The translations under genes and the position numbers were made by a program. Under the pieces are notes generated by a model. It was not told where the DNA came from, made no database searches, and saw nothing but the letters and a program-made list of their open reading frames with translations. Below are positions 63,238-64,000 of a stretch of DNA of 64,000 nt, piece after piece; position 1 is the first letter of the stretch; the number at the start of each line of letters is the position of its first letter. The stretch is from an uncultured Gammaproteobacteria bacterium (GTDB lineage Bacteria; Patescibacteriota; Microgenomatia; UBA8517): NCBI GenBank assembly GCA_964435575.1, contig CAYSZS010000002.1, positions 762 to 64,761 of the forward strand, in the 5' to 3' direction.

Positions 63238-64000
63238 TTAAAGTAATTTTTTATGGAGAATTTCTTTAACTTTAATGGGATCTGCGTGGCCTTTGGATAA
63301 GCTCATTACTTTTCCTATAATTACTGAAATAGCATTAACCTTACCCTTTTTATAATCATCAGCTGCTTTTGGTAATTCTTTAATGGCTTTTTCGACTAAA
63401 ATTGCAAGCTCGGACTCTTCTGTCACCTTGCCTTCCTCTTTAATTTTGATTTTTTTAAGTAAAGATTCAGGGGGTACTTTTGATATATCTACTTTCTGAT
63501 TGACAATAATTCCAGCCATTCTATCAGGTTCTATTTTCTTTTTTAGAGCCAGATTAAAAACTATATATGCGTACTCCGTTAAACTTTTACTACCGGTTAA
63601 AATCTGAGCATAGGATTTTCTGACTTTGTATTTTTCGATAAATTCCTTGGCAATTTCGTCGGGCAGTCTTGGGATTTTTCTTTTGAGTTTTTTTATAAAA
63701 TCGTCGCTAAATTCCATCGGGGGAATATCAGGTTCAGGGAAGTATCTGTAGTCTGAAGCTGTCTCCTTAAACCTCTGTGATATTGTTTCGTTATTGCCTT
63801 CACTCCAGCCGCGTGTTTCCTGTCTAGGAGTTTCACCTTTGTCTAAAATTTGCTTCTGGCGTTTCAACTCAAATTCGATAGCCTTGTCGACAAATCTGAA
63901 AGAGTTTAAATTTTTTACTTCAACTTTGTAACTCCAATTAAGTCCCCAGGAAATATTTGCTTCCAATCTCATTGACCCCTTTTCCATATCGCAGTCAGAA
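63238..64000 (-). CDS. gatB: Asp-tRNA(Asn)/Glu-tRNA(Gln) amidotransferase subunit B, C-terminal part (N-terminus beyond window end)
   Basis: RGWSEGNNETISQRFKE...DYRYFPEPDIPP, then GatB/YqeY helical domain. Frame open to position 64000. Confidence 0.8.
   Translation of the reverse strand, partial: SDCDMEKGSMRLEANISWGLNWSYKVEVKNLNSFRFVDKAIEFELKRQKQILDKGETPRQETRGWSEGNNETISQRFKETASDYRYFPEPDIPPMEFSDDFIKKLKRKIPRLPDEIAKEFIEKYKVRKSYAQILTGSKSLTEYAYIVFNLALKKKIEPDRMAGIIVNQKVDISKVPPESLLKKIKIKEEGKVTEESELAILVEKAIKELPKAADDYKKGKVNAISVIIGKVMSLSKGHADPIKVKEILHKKLL

Overview
This window reads as a compact, AT-rich bacterial genome segment, probably Patescibacteria/CPR-like. It uses the standard genetic code: TGA terminates uvrC and other ORFs. 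Gene density is high, with many short intergenic regions.

**Layout by coordinate**
- 1–4.9 kb: a 5'-truncated large serine recombinase abuts a minus-strand tRNA-Lys. It is followed by a GH5-like hydrolase, two adjacent tRNA-Leu, tRNA-Val, decayed tRNA 5'-fragments, an HNH endonuclease, tRNA-Phe and tRNA-Gly.
- 4.9–12.3 kb: housekeeping genes (Ddl-like ATP-grasp, DRG-family GTPase, pyrG) interleaved with six more tRNAs (Arg, Arg, Leu, Pro, Gly, His). The window holds 12 tRNAs in total.
- 13.6–14.4 kb: a response-regulator plus stand-alone ATP-cone convergent pair. A second copy of this pair sits at 55.5–56.1 kb.
- 18.4–19.2 kb: an IS200/IS605-like (Y1/RAYT-type) element that abuts the uvrC stop codon.
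- 19.2–28.8 kb: an SOS/repair block with uvrC, a transglutaminase-like gene and uvrA co-oriented, then uvrB divergent from lexA.
- 28.8–40.5 kb: a glycolysis and sugar-phosphate block (gpmI, eno, ppsA, pgi/pmi, a PaaX-like regulator, IMPase, PMM/PGM), then ruvC and sod.
- 43.3–52.4 kb: the most unusual part, described next.
- 52.6–64.0 kb: regulators (Crp, the second REC/ATP-cone pair), GH15-like and DUF2233 proteins, rplS, dnaE, a GGDEF protein and partial gatB.

**The most unusual locus (43.3–52.4 kb)**
- It contains two SipW-type (archaeal-like S26) signal peptidases.
- It contains three paralogous TasA/camelysin-like proteins carrying SipW-cognate signal peptides (FFSDTETS motif). One has a C-terminal vWA domain.
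- One SipW is fused in-frame to its own apparent substrate, a protein with a SipW-cognate signal peptide and two lamin-tail domains.
- An RTX calcium-binding repeat protein closes the locus, and an AbiEii-like nucleotidyltransferase pair is embedded in it.
- A MITE-like miniature copy of the IS200-like element ends overlaps the 5' end of the fused sipW gene.
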